Virus record (IMG/VR): IMGVR_UViG_3300035670_000141
Span: 1-64,000 of that record
Length of the DNA: 64,000 bases
Direction: 5' to 3' (one strand)
From: a virus
Part shown: in pieces, positions 50,121-61,237 of the stretch
How positions within the stretch are numbered: position 1 is the first letter of the stretch
Layout: every line of letters starts with the position of its first letter
Position numbers and translations under genes: made by a program
Notes under the pieces: model-generated
Told to the model about the DNA's origin: nothing
Database searches by the model: none
The model's input: only the letters and a program-made list of their open reading frames with translations

Positions 50121-50503
50121 TGTATTTTATTCAAATTTCGGAATCTTTCCAAGAATTTACTAACAAGCTTAACATTGCGCGCGCTAAGAACGCCTGATTC
50201 TTTTAGAAATGAATTATCTTGAAAACAAAAAGAAAATAAGTCATCAAGTGTAATGTTTTCAGAAATGCTCATTAGAATCTTTCTCCATTAAAATAACACT
50301 CAACAAGATCAAATGATGTACTGTGTTTGCCTGTCATAATGTCAAGTGCAATATCTTCGCGGAGGTATCTACCGACCAATTCTGTGCGTTTAGAGTATTC
50401 TTCGGGTGTAATTGTTTCTGAGCTGTATGGCTTAAGCCTTTTGATTTCATCTTCTAGTAGCTTGATGCGTTGCCTTATGCAATCAGATGTGTCAATTTTC
50501 ATA

Positions 50504-50821
50504 TCACTTGCGATCTAATTGCATTGCAATTTGCTGCATTTGTTTTCTAATGCGTTGATTAGCTCTCCACTGGCCATAAGCAAGATCCTGAAGATTATTT
50601 CGCATTCCAGATGGTAGCCCATCACCCATGTTAGGTTCAGGAGCATCAGGAGCAACACTATCAGCAATTAGCATGATTTTTGCTGATAGGCTAAGGTCAT
50701 CAGCCATCAGCAATTCCATGAGTTGCGGATCATATTCTTCGTGGTAAACATTGCGCAAAAATTTAGCTGCATTTCCGAATCCTTCAGATTCAAGAAATTT
50801 TACTATTCGTGATAATGTCAT
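50504..50821 (-). CDS. hypothetical protein
   Basis: ORF in a minus-strand run. Confidence 0.45.
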   Translation of the reverse strand: MTLSRIVKFLESEGFGNAAKFLRNVYHEEYDPQLMELLMADDLSLSAKIMLIADSVAPDAPEPNMGDGLPSGMRNNLQDLAYGQWRANQRIRKQMQQIAMQLDRK

Positions 50822-51470
50822 TTTATTTTACCTAAAATGTTGTGTTTAGCTTTGATTAGGCTGTCATTGTAGACTTTTGGGAAGGTTGTCTGATGCTGCC
50901 TTCCAGTGCGCCCATCAATGGCGCAACCGTGATTGAACCGAGCGAAACTGCAATCAGCACTGCGATCAGCATGAGTACACGATGCGGAGAATCTGCAGAA
51001 AATGAAGGTCTTTCCATGGGACGTGCTGGATTCGTGGGGCGAGGTCTGATGTAGATCGGGCGCGGCTTGAGAGCGGGTGGTTGAAATTCCATTGTTTTAT
51101 GTGAGTGAACTTGCCTAGCTTAATCTTAGCAAAAGTAAGATGGTCGTGGTTGTAACAACTTGAAACATTTCATGAGTCAATATCCCAACATGAAGCGAAT
51201 ACAGCAATGATAAGAAATGCTAGTAAGATGGTAAAGAAGAGATTCATTTTAGTTTTTTGCTATTGGCAAGGTTGGTCAATTCTTGAGCCAATTGAATCAG
51301 CTCTTCTTTTGTTAATGTTTCAACTGCAGGAAGATTGCCATAGTGCTCAGCCTGCACTGAAAATGTGCCTGTTGTGTTTGGCCAAAAAGAAACAATGTCT
51401 TCAATTTGTTTCATCATAGAGAATGATCTTGTCATTTAGCACAGTAAAAACAACAACTAGACTTTAACCA

Positions 51471-52166
51471 CTACCTTCTCCCCCTAGGTTCAACCTTAAC
51501 ATTTTGTTGCAAAGCATAAAAACTTTGAAGGACTGCATTGATACCAATTGCATCACCCCATAACGCACGGCTACTGTTGCCATAACTGACAGCAAGATTA
51601 CCAAGCATTGTATATTGCTTGATCTTTTCTGAAATGCGCTTTGCGATAGATAATGCTTTATCATGTTGACCGGCTTCAATTGCTTTTCTATAACGATCTG
51701 CATCTTCTTTAATTACATCACGACATTTTCTTGCTAGGTCCATGGTTTCCAGTGCTTCATCAGCCAGATTTTTGCCAAGTTCCCTGAATTGCCCTTGATA
51801 TAGTTTAACTTCTCTTTGATGCCTATCAATTTGAGGAGTGATCTTTCCATTATCAATAATATCAGGTTCAATTATCATCTCTTCTGATGTGATTGGATCT
51901 ATATCTGGTGGTGGCGGAAGATTTTCTACCTTTTCGGTAAGTTCTCCTAAATACTTGTCATAAGCTTCAGCACGTGTTTTCCAATTATATGTTTTTGCTT
52001 GGCTGTATAACATTTGCCGAGGTATTTTAACTACTGCTGATAGTCTATTTATATTGCGCAATGGACCCATTTCAATATAAATTCTAAAGCGTCTATAGGC
52101 TTCATTGTTTTCTTTTTTCCCTGAAGAATGACCTTGATCTTGATCCCAATCGCGTAATTTTGACAT
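51471..52166 (-). CDS. putative terminase small subunit-like protein
   Basis: E...AY..F..Y..MGP.R...W..RA.AYD N-terminal pattern. Confidence 0.55.
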   Translation of the reverse strand: MSKLRDWDQDQGHSSGKKENNEAYRRFRIYIEMGPLRNINRLSAVVKIPRQMLYSQAKTYNWKTRAEAYDKYLGELTEKVENLPPPPDIDPITSEEMIIEPDIIDNGKITPQIDRHQREVKLYQGQFRELGKNLADEALETMDLARKCRDVIKEDADRYRKAIEAGQHDKALSIAKRISEKIKQYTMLGNLAVSYGNSSRALWGDAIGINAVLQSFYALQQNVKVEPRGRR

Positions 52167-52330
52167 GTCTTGTCATACTAATGACATAATTTTGACACAA
52201 AAGATGACACTTCGCAAGGAAAAACGCAAAAATTGCTTTGTGTGGTGTCATAAGATGACATACCATTTGGCGGCCTAATTGCTGAAATCTATTCCAGCGC
52301 AAGGCTTTTGGTCATGTAATGATTTTGTCA

Positions 52331-52403
52331 TAGTGGCTAAGGGGATCGAACCCTTCTGTCATGCCTTATGAGGGCAGTGCATTCGCCAGATTGCTAAGCC
52401 ACT
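52331..52403 (-). tRNA. tRNA with CAT anticodon (Met or Ile2)
   Basis: AGTGGCT TAGCAATCTGGCGAATGCA...CT CAT AA...GGTTCGATCCC...AGCCACT. Confidence 0.85.
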
Positions 52404-53168
52404 GCTTTAATCATGATGATTAAGCTATATTTAACCGGTTGGACTGCATGGATGTAATACAATACAAAGTGTTGCCTTACCGTTAATTGTAACCGTAGAT
52501 TTTGAAAGTGTATAATCTTCTAAGCTTAGATCAGATATACCTTCTGCATCTGGAATGTTTTCTGGTATTAAATAATACCTTGCGCCATCTTTTGATGCAG
52601 TTGTGATGATTCTCATTGAGTTAAGTAGTGCAAGACCTGGATAAAGATTGCTATTACAAGGCCAAGTCCTAGTAAAGATTTTTTAATAGCACGATCTATG
52701 GGAAGCTCGGAAACAAAAAAACCAAGAATTACATTTGACAATTGAACAATTAGAAGTGTTGAAGTTAAATCATTCATGGTTTTACTTCATTTGTTATTGC
52801 ATTGTGTTTCAACACGAAGCTCAACAAATAGCGCATCCCACATTGTAGCCTTTGGCCCTGTGGTAAACCTATTAAATGCAGCGGCTTCATTTGTTGCTTT
52901 GAATACGTTAACTAAAAACACAAATGAAAGAAACAAAGCAATTACAGCATCAATAAATTTGGATGACTCCATGGTCAGCAAAACAAAAAGGCAACTGCAT
53001 CATAGCGGTCGTCATTCTGCTTTAGGTGTAGTCGTTACAAATTGTTATGTGATCTAAAAACCTGCTAAAATAAAAGACCCACGGTTTGCGCCGTGGGTCG
53101 GATGCTCCCGATTCAGTTTTGCCGACCGATGAGAGAGCTGCCTGAAACGAAACTTGCATTATTTTAGC

Positions 53169-54365
53169 ATGGAATCTGAATTTACTGGCCAAAGGCCAAA
53201 TTTTACAGCATTGCCAAATTGGCTGCGTGGCAAAACCACGCCTCAGGAACTGGCCACATTATGGGCACTGCAGAGCCACTTCCCGAACATTTATCCATCG
53301 CTGAATTTACTGGCCGCAGAGACCGGCATGAGCCGCCGCAGCGTGGTGAATGTTTTGCGGACCCTAGAGGATCGCGGGTGGATGGTCAGAACACGTGTGC
53401 GCCATGAGTCTGGGGGGTGCGATCGAAACCGATATGCGTTAACGATTTGGGATCCTCACTGGGCTGTTGATGCTGCCGATCCCCGCAGTGCACCACGTGC
53501 ACACCCCCTGGTGCAGGAGGTGCACCACCCCAGTGCAGGAGATGCACCACCCCAGTGCACCACGTGCACCCCCCCTAGTGCACCACGTGCACTCAAAGAA
53601 GAACAATTCAAGAAGAGCAAGAAAAGAAACTTAGAAAAAACCCCCTTGTGTTCCCCCTTATCGCAAGATGTCGCTGACCGCCGACCTACGGTCAGCGACA
53701 CACCAGTACAAAATCACTACCAACCTGTGGAAAAACCTGTGGAAAACCTTGTTTTGGACACTTTTCTGATCAGCGACGCATCATTTCCGACCCCGGAAGC
53801 CCCGGAAAGGCGCCCAGAATCGCCTGTAGCCGCCCAACCGCAACCGCAGCAGCCCATGACACCCTGGGGACAGCCAAGACCCCTTCCAGCCCCCTCAGAG
53901 CAGGGTGAGAAAAAATCCCGCCCTACAGCCAAGGCTGCAAAATTCCAGCCTTCTAGTACAGATGTCCCAACTAACTTGCTGCCGGTATCTGAAAAAATTA
54001 TAGAATTTTGGGGCAACAAGGCAGGAGAAAAGACTAAGCAATCATGGTCTTATCTCATGCGAGAATTAACAAAAATACAGGATTATGTAAGCGGCGGAAC
54101 TGATAGCGTACGCGAGCAATTACAACAGGGGATTGATGCAAAGATCAACGGTAAAGGTTGGCGCAGTATTACATTAAATAACTTTATCAGATATGGCCTT
54201 GTTTCACAACAAAAAGCCAGCACAAGATATGGGCGAAAAGATGTTATTGAAAAAGTTCATGAAACTTCACAAATGATTGCAATGCTTCGTAATCAACAAT
54301 CCCAACAAGAGGCGGAATTTTTTGGTAGCATAAGCGGCGTACCATCTTTGAAGAGTGCTGTTTAA
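53169..54365 (+). CDS. replication initiator (HTH_36 N-terminus, lambda O-like layout)
   Basis: YPSLNLLAAETGMSRRSV...L..LE..GW...NRY followed by internal iterons. Confidence 0.8.
   Translation: MESEFTGQRPNFTALPNWLRGKTTPQELATLWALQSHFPNIYPSLNLLAAETGMSRRSVVNVLRTLEDRGWMVRTRVRHESGGCDRNRYALTIWDPHWAVDAADPRSAPRAHPLVQEVHHPSAGDAPPQCTTCTPPSAPRALKEEQFKKSKKRNLEKTPLCSPLSQDVADRRPTVSDTPVQNHYQPVEKPVENLVLDTFLISDASFPTPEAPERRPESPVAAQPQPQQPMTPWGQPRPLPAPSEQGEKKSRPTAKAAKFQPSSTDVPTNLLPVSEKIIEFWGNKAGEKTKQSWSYLMRELTKIQDYVSGGTDSVREQLQQGIDAKINGKGWRSITLNNFIRYGLVSQQKASTRYGRKDVIEKVHETSQMIAMLRNQQSQQEAEFFGSISGVPSLKSAV
53487..53640. repeat. putative replication origin: five 16-bp iterons plus an A-rich tract
   Basis: RGTGCA-N4-RTGCAC at 53487, 53510, 53532, 53554 and 53577 (22-23 bp period), then A-rich 53595-53640. 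Confidence 0.75.
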
Positions 54366-54392
54366 TGGTCAAATCTTGCAACAATTCCCTGC

Positions 54393-55085
54393 ATGATTAG
54401 TGAGCAAGAATTTACAAGTTCTCTAGTATGTGCGCTAGAGATGCTGCCAATGATGAGGCAATTGTCACCGATGACATTAGCAACAATTTATGTTCAACTT
54501 CCAAAAAAGGTAATACAAGAATTAAGCTTAATGATAATGCAATATGCAATTAAGCAGCGGATGATAGATCCCTATCCACCAAAGGATATGGCTTTTCACA
54601 TGCAGTTATTTAGATATATTTATCCCATCGAAGATGATATAGCAATTTTAGCATGTGGTTTAAGACAGGATCTAAAAGATCGAATGTCTAATCCTAACAT
54701 CTTTCATGATCCATCACCAAAACGCGAGGAATTTATGTCACGCAGTCATGATGATTTTCGCCTTCCGTCTAGTGCGTATTGGCATCCAAGCAGGATGACA
54801 ATTGATGAGTGGCGTAAGCATTTTAAGACTTTACAAGTACAGGTTTCATTAGTGAGTGAAGAAAATATAGAGCCCATGGCAATAGAACAATTGCTTCAGG
54901 GTAAGAAATTATATGAGCAGGCATTAGCAGGCTTTTGGTTATTAAATATAGATGAAGGAAAAATTGCAACGAATTGGATTGCTCGTAACAAAAATTTAGC
55001 GCAAGAAATGTTAACTGATGCGATGAATGCAAAGATAGGAGTTGAGCAGGTTATTACAACAGAAGGAGATGAAGTGCCATGGTGA
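54393..55085 (+). CDS. hypothetical protein (helicase-loader position)
   Basis: Follows the initiator gene. Confidence 0.5.
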   Translation: MISEQEFTSSLVCALEMLPMMRQLSPMTLATIYVQLPKKVIQELSLMIMQYAIKQRMIDPYPPKDMAFHMQLFRYIYPIEDDIAILACGLRQDLKDRMSNPNIFHDPSPKREEFMSRSHDDFRLPSSAYWHPSRMTIDEWRKHFKTLQVQVSLVSEENIEPMAIEQLLQGKKLYEQALAGFWLLNIDEGKIATNWIARNKNLAQEMLTDAMNAKIGVEQVITTEGDEVPW

Positions 55086-55672
55086 TAATTGAAGGTGATG
55101 ATATAAAACCAATCCCTGAAGATGGTGTTTATATCGCAGGCGAAAAAATCTTAATGCCTACGATGCAAATTATATCTGATGCTTATATAATACCTCCTAC
55201 AGCGCCTGGCAGGAATAAACTATTGCGCGCGGCGGCAATTAACTATGCAAAAAATAAAAATTGGAAGCCCGGTAGTGCATTTAATGAAGTGCAACCCATG
55301 GTAGATAATTTATTAAAACATCAACTTTGGGAAAGAATAGAAATAAATAATGCGTTAGTGCATCTTGCGTTGATGCAACATGATGCTGCAACAACGGTTG
55401 ATATAATAGCTAAATTAGGAGATAAGGGATTAGGTATTCTTGCGATATGGCCAATAGGATTAGGTAGGATGCCTAATGAAGCGCCATGGGCGGAGATGGG
55501 AAGCGCTGTAGCACGCTTAGCAGATCGTGGCATCATGATTGATGTTTGTAGTTTAATATGCGTCGGAGAAGATAAGGTACGAATTGACCTAAAAAAAGCA
55601 GATGATGTATTAAGCTTATGGGTAGATACTATTGCAATGGCAAAAAGGAATTATTTAGCGATGCCAAAGTAG
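55079..55672 (+). CDS. hypothetical protein
   Basis: Coupled ORF. Confidence 0.5.
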   Translation: MVIIEGDDIKPIPEDGVYIAGEKILMPTMQIISDAYIIPPTAPGRNKLLRAAAINYAKNKNWKPGSAFNEVQPMVDNLLKHQLWERIEINNALVHLALMQHDAATTVDIIAKLGDKGLGILAIWPIGLGRMPNEAPWAEMGSAVARLADRGIMIDVCSLICVGEDKVRIDLKKADDVLSLWVDTIAMAKRNYLAMPK

Positions 55673-55761
55673 CAACTTAAGCTTCATGATTAAGATATGT
55701 TACAAAAGCTATAGGTTAGATATGGTCACACTAGATTTACGAGGTACCTCTTTTCCTTTTT

Positions 55762-56625
55762 ATGAGCGACGCATCAATTGTTTCATTTGACCCAAAGCTT
55801 GAACATGTAGATGTATTTGGATCAGTAATTTCTAAAGTTACTAGGCATAAGTGGAGTCAGCTAGGAAAACCAGGGATGTTCCTTATGATACATAAAGAAA
55901 ATCTAGTCATAGATAGAACATATCAAAGATCAGTATCTGACAGCAAAATTCTTTCAATTGCTGCAAATTGGAAATGGGAATCATGCGGAGCAATTTCAGT
56001 AATGAAAAGACAGGATGATAGGTTTATTGTGATAGATGGGCAAAATAGAACATTAGCAGCATGGAAGAGAGCAGATATTATATATCTGCCGTGTATGGTA
56101 TTTGAATCGCAAGGAATCCAACATGAAGCGTCATCTTTTGTAGAAATAAATACTAATCGAAAACCAGTGCTAGCTTATGATAAATTCAAGGCACAACTTG
56201 TTGCTAGAGATGCCGTATCAATTGAAATTGCAAGTGCTATTGAAGAAAATGGCTTTATTCTTAGGGCTAACAGCGATAATGCAAGAACAATCACTTGTAT
56301 TGCCGCTTGTCAAAGCGTATACCATTCAAATCCAAGTAAATTTAGACTTATATTGAAAACTGCATGTGATTTGGCAATTGAAGATAGTTGCGTAGTAAGC
56401 AACATTTTATTGCAGGGATTAGCGGAATTAAATAAGAAGATTGAAAATGGGCTTTTGAATGTTAAGTTGAACAAACGTTTGCATGAAGTTGGCGCACAAG
56501 CGCTTGTTGTTCAAGCCAGGAAAGAATCCTATCGAGTTGGTAAAGGTGGTGCTAAAATATGGGCTAGCGGCATGCTTCAAGTTATCAATCGTAAGCGTGG
56601 TGTTGAATTTACATTTTTAGAATGA
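55762..56625 (+). CDS. ParB/Srx-like N-terminal domain protein
   Basis: IDRTYQR...VIDGQNR...EASSF..IN. Confidence 0.75.
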   Translation: MSDASIVSFDPKLEHVDVFGSVISKVTRHKWSQLGKPGMFLMIHKENLVIDRTYQRSVSDSKILSIAANWKWESCGAISVMKRQDDRFIVIDGQNRTLAAWKRADIIYLPCMVFESQGIQHEASSFVEINTNRKPVLAYDKFKAQLVARDAVSIEIASAIEENGFILRANSDNARTITCIAACQSVYHSNPSKFRLILKTACDLAIEDSCVVSNILLQGLAELNKKIENGLLNVKLNKRLHEVGAQALVVQARKESYRVGKGGAKIWASGMLQVINRKRGVEFTFLE

Positions 56626-56915
56626 GATTAGTACGATGAGCTTGTTTGATGATTTCATTACTGAAAATACTTCAGAGGATCTAATGTGGCAAATCATCGA
56701 AGATTATGATTTGTTTGTAGAGCAAGGGCATATAGGATCTTGCTTGCTAAGGACTTATGCGAGTGAAATACAAAAAATACAACCTCAACTTAAACTCATG
56801 ACTAGCCATGTTATGAAAGAATTGTATATAGCATCATTGCGGGGATTGGTACTCAAAAATAAACCTAGCAACACATAAAAATTAAGTGCTATAATAACAA
56901 AAAGCACTGATTTTC

Positions 56916-57356
56916 ATGGCTAGCATTATTACATTTGAAGTGCGTGGCATGAAACCAGCGCCACAAGGTTCAAAGAAATATGTCGGCAAAGATCGTGATG
57001 GAAGAGCTTTATTGATTGAAACCGCTAAATCATTAAAAGAATGGCGAGAATTTGTAAGGAATACTGCAATTGCGCTTGATAAGAAAATAATAGAAGGCGC
57101 AGTATCTATGAGTGTAGTTTTTATATTACCTAGACCAAAATCTCATTTTAATAGCAAAGGTAAGTTAAGGCATGATGCGCCAAAATATCATACTACAAGG
57201 CCCGATAGGGATAAGCTATTGCGAGGCATTGGTGATGCGTTAACAGGGATTTTATACAAAGATGATTCTTGTATTGTAAGTGGTCCCACAGACAAGCGCT
57301 ATTGCGTAGGAGATGAATTGCCAGGTGTTTTAATTGCATTGATTGAACTAGAGTGA
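56916..57356 (+). CDS. rusA: RusA-family Holliday junction resolvase
   Basis: PAPQGSK, RPKSH, PDRDKLLR...DALTG..YKDD. Confidence 0.9.
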   Translation: MASIITFEVRGMKPAPQGSKKYVGKDRDGRALLIETAKSLKEWREFVRNTAIALDKKIIEGAVSMSVVFILPRPKSHFNSKGKLRHDAPKYHTTRPDRDKLLRGIGDALTGILYKDDSCIVSGPTDKRYCVGDELPGVLIALIELE

Positions 57357-57749
57357 TTTTGCACTATGATAAAACTGGCCTGAAATCGTGACAGGCGCGA
57401 CGGTAGGGCTGATCGGGCTTCTCGCAATGGAAGCCCTTGATATTTTATGGATGTTTTGAAATGTGACAACATCAGCAAGGAGCGATCACCTGCACGCTAT
57501 TTGTTTTAGTATTGAATTGCATCACACAAGCTGCTTTAACTATGGATCCATGGATTACTGATCGTCTGCCAACCAACCTAGATCGGGTGGTGTCATGAGC
57601 CGTCATCGAGTCCTTCCTTACTATCGCCGTAGACGGCACAATCCCTGGCGGTCGTTTGCGATTGCCGTCAGCATTGTTCTAATGATTGGAGCAGCGTTTA
57701 ACAAGAACGAATGCCCGGCACCAATGGCTAATCCTCCGAGGTTTCATTA

Positions 57750-57947
57750 ATGTTTGTATCTATTAAAGAAATTGAAAGATGGCTGCGGGAAGACTATCCT
57801 ATCGGCCCAGATTGGATGGTCTATCCCGACAAGTCTCATGATGACTTCCAGGGGTTTACACTGGATCAGGTTCATCAGATCATCCAAAACGCGCTGTTGC
57901 ATTACGGGCAGTGTCCCTTGGCCAAGCCGGAGGCCTCCAATGGCTGA
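57750..57947 (+). CDS. small hypothetical protein
   Basis: Starts in repeat A, ends AKPEASNG in repeat B. Confidence 0.5.
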   Translation: MFVSIKEIERWLREDYPIGPDWMVYPDKSHDDFQGFTLDQVHQIIQNALLHYGQCPLAKPEASNG

Positions 57948-58116
57948 CGCTCAGTGGCGCCGCCTTGCGCGGGAAGTCGTCTGGAACCCAAAGGCTTTCC
58001 TTGCTGACGTCCTTTCTGGGCTGCAGCCAGTTAACGAGGAATCCTTGGCAACTCTGCCCCCAGTTGAACAAAAACGAATGTCTAGCACCAATGGCCAATC
58101 CTCCGAGGTTTCATCA

Positions 58117-58521
58117 ATGATTACGCCAACAAGCCTACGATCACTTATTAAAAGACTGCGAGATAGGCTGTATGAATACGATCAAGCAAATCCTTATCAA
58201 GACTGCAGAGCTTTAATTGCGGAAGCTGACGAATTCTTGGCCCAGCCGGAGTCCGTAATACTCCAGTGGTCAGACGAAAAGCCTCCCAACGAGAATTGCC
58301 CCTATAACTACTGTTTTGCCATGACGCCGTTTGGCAGGATTTTGCTTACCTGGAAAGGATGGAAACCACGTCATGATATTGCCGTCACTGCGGACGAAAC
58401 ACCATTCGGCGAGTTCTTTGATTGTTGGAATAGCGTTGAGGAGGCAAAGGCTCAGATCCAGGCCGAATACAACCGGCGCCTAGCCGCAGCCACCGCCAAG
58501 CCGGAGGCCTCCAATGGCTGA
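58117..58521 (+). CDS. hypothetical protein
   Basis: Starts in repeat A', ends AKPEASNG in repeat B'. Confidence 0.55.
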   Translation: MITPTSLRSLIKRLRDRLYEYDQANPYQDCRALIAEADEFLAQPESVILQWSDEKPPNENCPYNYCFAMTPFGRILLTWKGWKPRHDIAVTADETPFGEFFDCWNSVEEAKAQIQAEYNRRLAAATAKPEASNG

Positions 58522-58897
58522 CGCTCAGTGGCGCCGCTTCGCGCGGGAGGTCGTCTGGACTCCTGAGGTTCATGTCGCTGTCACCCTCGCCGGGCTTCAG
58601 ATCCCTCCAGAGGGGAGGCCGGAAGAATTTCGCAGCCCTTCCACGCTCGTTCACCGAGACAGCGACGGCGTTTTCACCTGCTGGCGGGGCCTCTCACGAC
58701 GCGCCAGCGCAATGGACCAGGAGCTGGGGGGCAGCGTCCAGGCCGCCACCGGCACCGAGGTCATCGCAGCCCTTCAGCCCATGCCCGCCTATGGCGCCAG
58801 CGGCCAGGCACTGAGGGCCTGGCTGCAGCTCTGGGGGGCATGGTCGCCTCCGGTGAAAGCCCCCACCACAGACACAACACCACCCATGATCCTATGA
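58514..58897 (+). CDS. hypothetical protein (GC-rich)
   Basis: Starts MADAQWRR in repeat B'. Confidence 0.5.
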   Translation: MADAQWRRFAREVVWTPEVHVAVTLAGLQIPPEGRPEEFRSPSTLVHRDSDGVFTCWRGLSRRASAMDQELGGSVQAATGTEVIAALQPMPAYGASGQALRAWLQLWGAWSPPVKAPTTDTTPPMIL

Positions 58898-59334
58898 GCA
58901 AACTTAAAACTAGCATGAAAATTGCTACCGCTTTACTATTTCCCTGGTACGTCATTAGGCGCCAAAATCGCGTCATCGAAAACTTGAAAGACAAAGTTAG
59001 CAGACTGACAGATGTGCTAAGCAATCCTACTCTAACTGGATTGGAAGTAGCTAATAAGCAATTAGAACTAGGCTTGCAAGGGCCGATGTGTGAACATATG
59101 GCTGCGGTATTGGGCGGCTTAGTCTCTGGCTGTGAAGGCGTAGAAAATTATCTTGAATTAAGGTTTAAGACTAGACAAGGATTTTTTACGGTTATCATCA
59201 CAAAACCAGGCGGAGGCCTGACGCCTCATCAGCTCAGGCTTCGTGCAGAGGAGGAGTGCAGCAGGCTTAGTCATAGAGTGTCTGAGCTAGAATCCTCGCA
59301 AGTGCGTGAGGCCCAGCACGAATGGTATCCATGA
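58894..59334 (+). CDS. hypothetical protein
   Basis: ENYLE...GGLTPHQLR..AE motif. Confidence 0.55.
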   Translation: MSKLKTSMKIATALLFPWYVIRRQNRVIENLKDKVSRLTDVLSNPTLTGLEVANKQLELGLQGPMCEHMAAVLGGLVSGCEGVENYLELRFKTRQGFFTVIITKPGGGLTPHQLRLRAEEECSRLSHRVSELESSQVREAQHEWYP

Positions 59335-59743
59335 GCACCACCATCATGACTGCCATGGTTAACACTAACAACCGCATTTTGCCAATACCAGCGAGAGAGC
59401 AGCCATGGAAGCAGAAAGGATGGAGCGACGCGCAAGGCCGATGTTGGTGTTTTGATCGTTACTCGCATTCCCCTATAATGCGAGTTCACCCAGGCTGGAT
59501 ATACCGCAAGCCTGCGCCAGGTCTCTCCGACACTCATTTTCTCCCCCACTGGTACTTGCTTTTGCCTGACCCCGATCATGAAGATGAGACTGAGATTGAG
59601 TCCGAGTCTAATCAAGCAACAATTTTAATTCCCTGGCTTCTGCAAATGGCTATACAAGCCGCCAACAACAATCAGTCTTGTGCTGCCAGTCGATTCACGT
59701 TGGCTGCGCAGCTACTGGGCAGTGTCGACCGGGAGGTGAAGCC

Positions 59744-60187
59744 ATGAGCCGCCTTTACTACAGCGACAACGACTATGATCAGGAAATAGGCGTGGCCCGT
59801 GGTCGGCGGCTCAGCGCGATTCGCAGCCAACGTGGCCAACGATTCTTGCGTGATCTGGTGGCAGCTCTGGATGCTTTGCCTACGCCCGAACTGCACAGCG
59901 GTGCCCTAGAAGACTCAAAGACAGGCTGTTGTTGCGCTTTTGGGGCAGTCCGTCGACTAAGGGGAGTGGAGAGCGTAAAGTTGTGGTTTCATCCAGAGGA
60001 TGAGGACATTACGCCTGACAGTTTAGCGGAGCCGTTTGACGTAAGCCCGACGCTGGCCTGGGCCGTGGTTCAGGCCAATGAGGACATGCACGAAGACAAT
60101 TCCGAACAAGGCCGCCGCCGCCGATGGGCCGAGGTCAGGGACTGGGCCGTGCGCCATTTGCTGCCCGACAAAAAGGTTAATACATGA
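59744..60187 (+). CDS. conserved phage hypothetical protein
   Basis: SAIRSQRGQRFLRDLVAALDALP...C..GAV...RRW. Confidence 0.65.
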   Translation: MSRLYYSDNDYDQEIGVARGRRLSAIRSQRGQRFLRDLVAALDALPTPELHSGALEDSKTGCCCAFGAVRRLRGVESVKLWFHPEDEDITPDSLAEPFDVSPTLAWAVVQANEDMHEDNSEQGRRRRWAEVRDWAVRHLLPDKKVNT

Positions 60188-60802
60188 GTAACTTTGGCTG
60201 GTTTTTTGCTGGTATGTGCATAGCTTTTGGGGGGCAATTACTGGGGATGCTGTGGCTGGCCAAGCAGCGGCAGCGCTTCAGCCGGTACAGGCCCCCTCGT
60301 AGCCGACCCATGCCCTGCCAAGGAAGTGGCAACGGCCACGGTGGACCCAGCACCGCAAAGCCACCACTGGGTCTCCGGCCACGGTTCATCGCAGATGAAG
60401 AACGCCTGCGCGAGGTTGCTGATGCCATAACTCGCTATCGAGTGGCCGGCAAGCCGGTTCCTGTTGAGTGGCTTAGAGAGCATGACGAGCTGGGATACAG
60501 ATTGCAGCACACATGGGACAAGCCACAGCCCCATGGCGGGCGCACTGTGGGGCCTGAACTATGACCCACTACGTAATCATCGACCCCAACCGCCAGCCAC
60601 CACAGATTCGCTGTCTGCATTGCGGGTTCGCTCAGGATCTGCAGCTCCCCATGGCGATCGACGACCTGATGAACATGTCGGAGAAAATCGACGCCGAACA
60701 CAAAAAATGCAAGCAAGCCACATCATCACGCGGTACAAATTAAATAGAAAACATTATATTAAATAATCATAACACGCCTAAATCTATTGATCCACAAAAC
60801 AA

Positions 60803-61228
60803 ATGAGCATTGAGTATTACCTTCTCAAAAATGTATGTCCACATTGTGGCACACCAGAAAAGAAAATCAAAATTGGAACATCAAGTTCTAGTTGGTGTTT
60901 TGGATTGCATGTGATGCCACATCTTGGTATTAAATCGCTAGAAGATTGGATAGTATTATTCAACGATCGGGTTAACTTAATCAAGAATGAATATGACGAT
61001 ATTGTAAGCGCAGATGAAATGATAGGTCTTATCACGAAAAGATTTTGGCAGCCGACTGCTAATCCTGCGTATCCCAGAGATAATAATTGGTATAAAAATA
61101 ATCATGCATTACCAGGCCCCAATGGTTTAGCCAGACATAAGATAGACGGATCCTATATTGTTGGTCATGGTGAAGGAACATGGGATTATATCCTTAATCA
61201 AGAATCAGGGAAATATGAAAGTTGGTAA
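60803..61228 (+). CDS. conserved phage hypothetical protein
   Basis: CPHCG...IG.SS..WCF.LH...NEY. Confidence 0.6.
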   Translation: MSIEYYLLKNVCPHCGTPEKKIKIGTSSSSWCFGLHVMPHLGIKSLEDWIVLFNDRVNLIKNEYDDIVSADEMIGLITKRFWQPTANPAYPRDNNWYKNNHALPGPNGLARHKIDGSYIVGHGEGTWDYILNQESGKYESW

Positions 61229-61237
61229 GAGCAAATT

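Larger units (their letters stand above)
57700..58559 (+). repeat. interleaved direct repeats A (57700-57752 / 58067-58119) and B (57921-57985 / 58495-58559)
   Basis: B copies match at 62 of 65 nt; A copies are about 53 nt with a few mismatches; both overlap gene junctions. Confidence 0.85.

Noticed and set aside
57754..58521. 255-aa ORF as a single gene
   Set aside because: It is a chance read-through across repeats B and A'. Better parsed as separate genes starting at 57750, 57940 and 58117.
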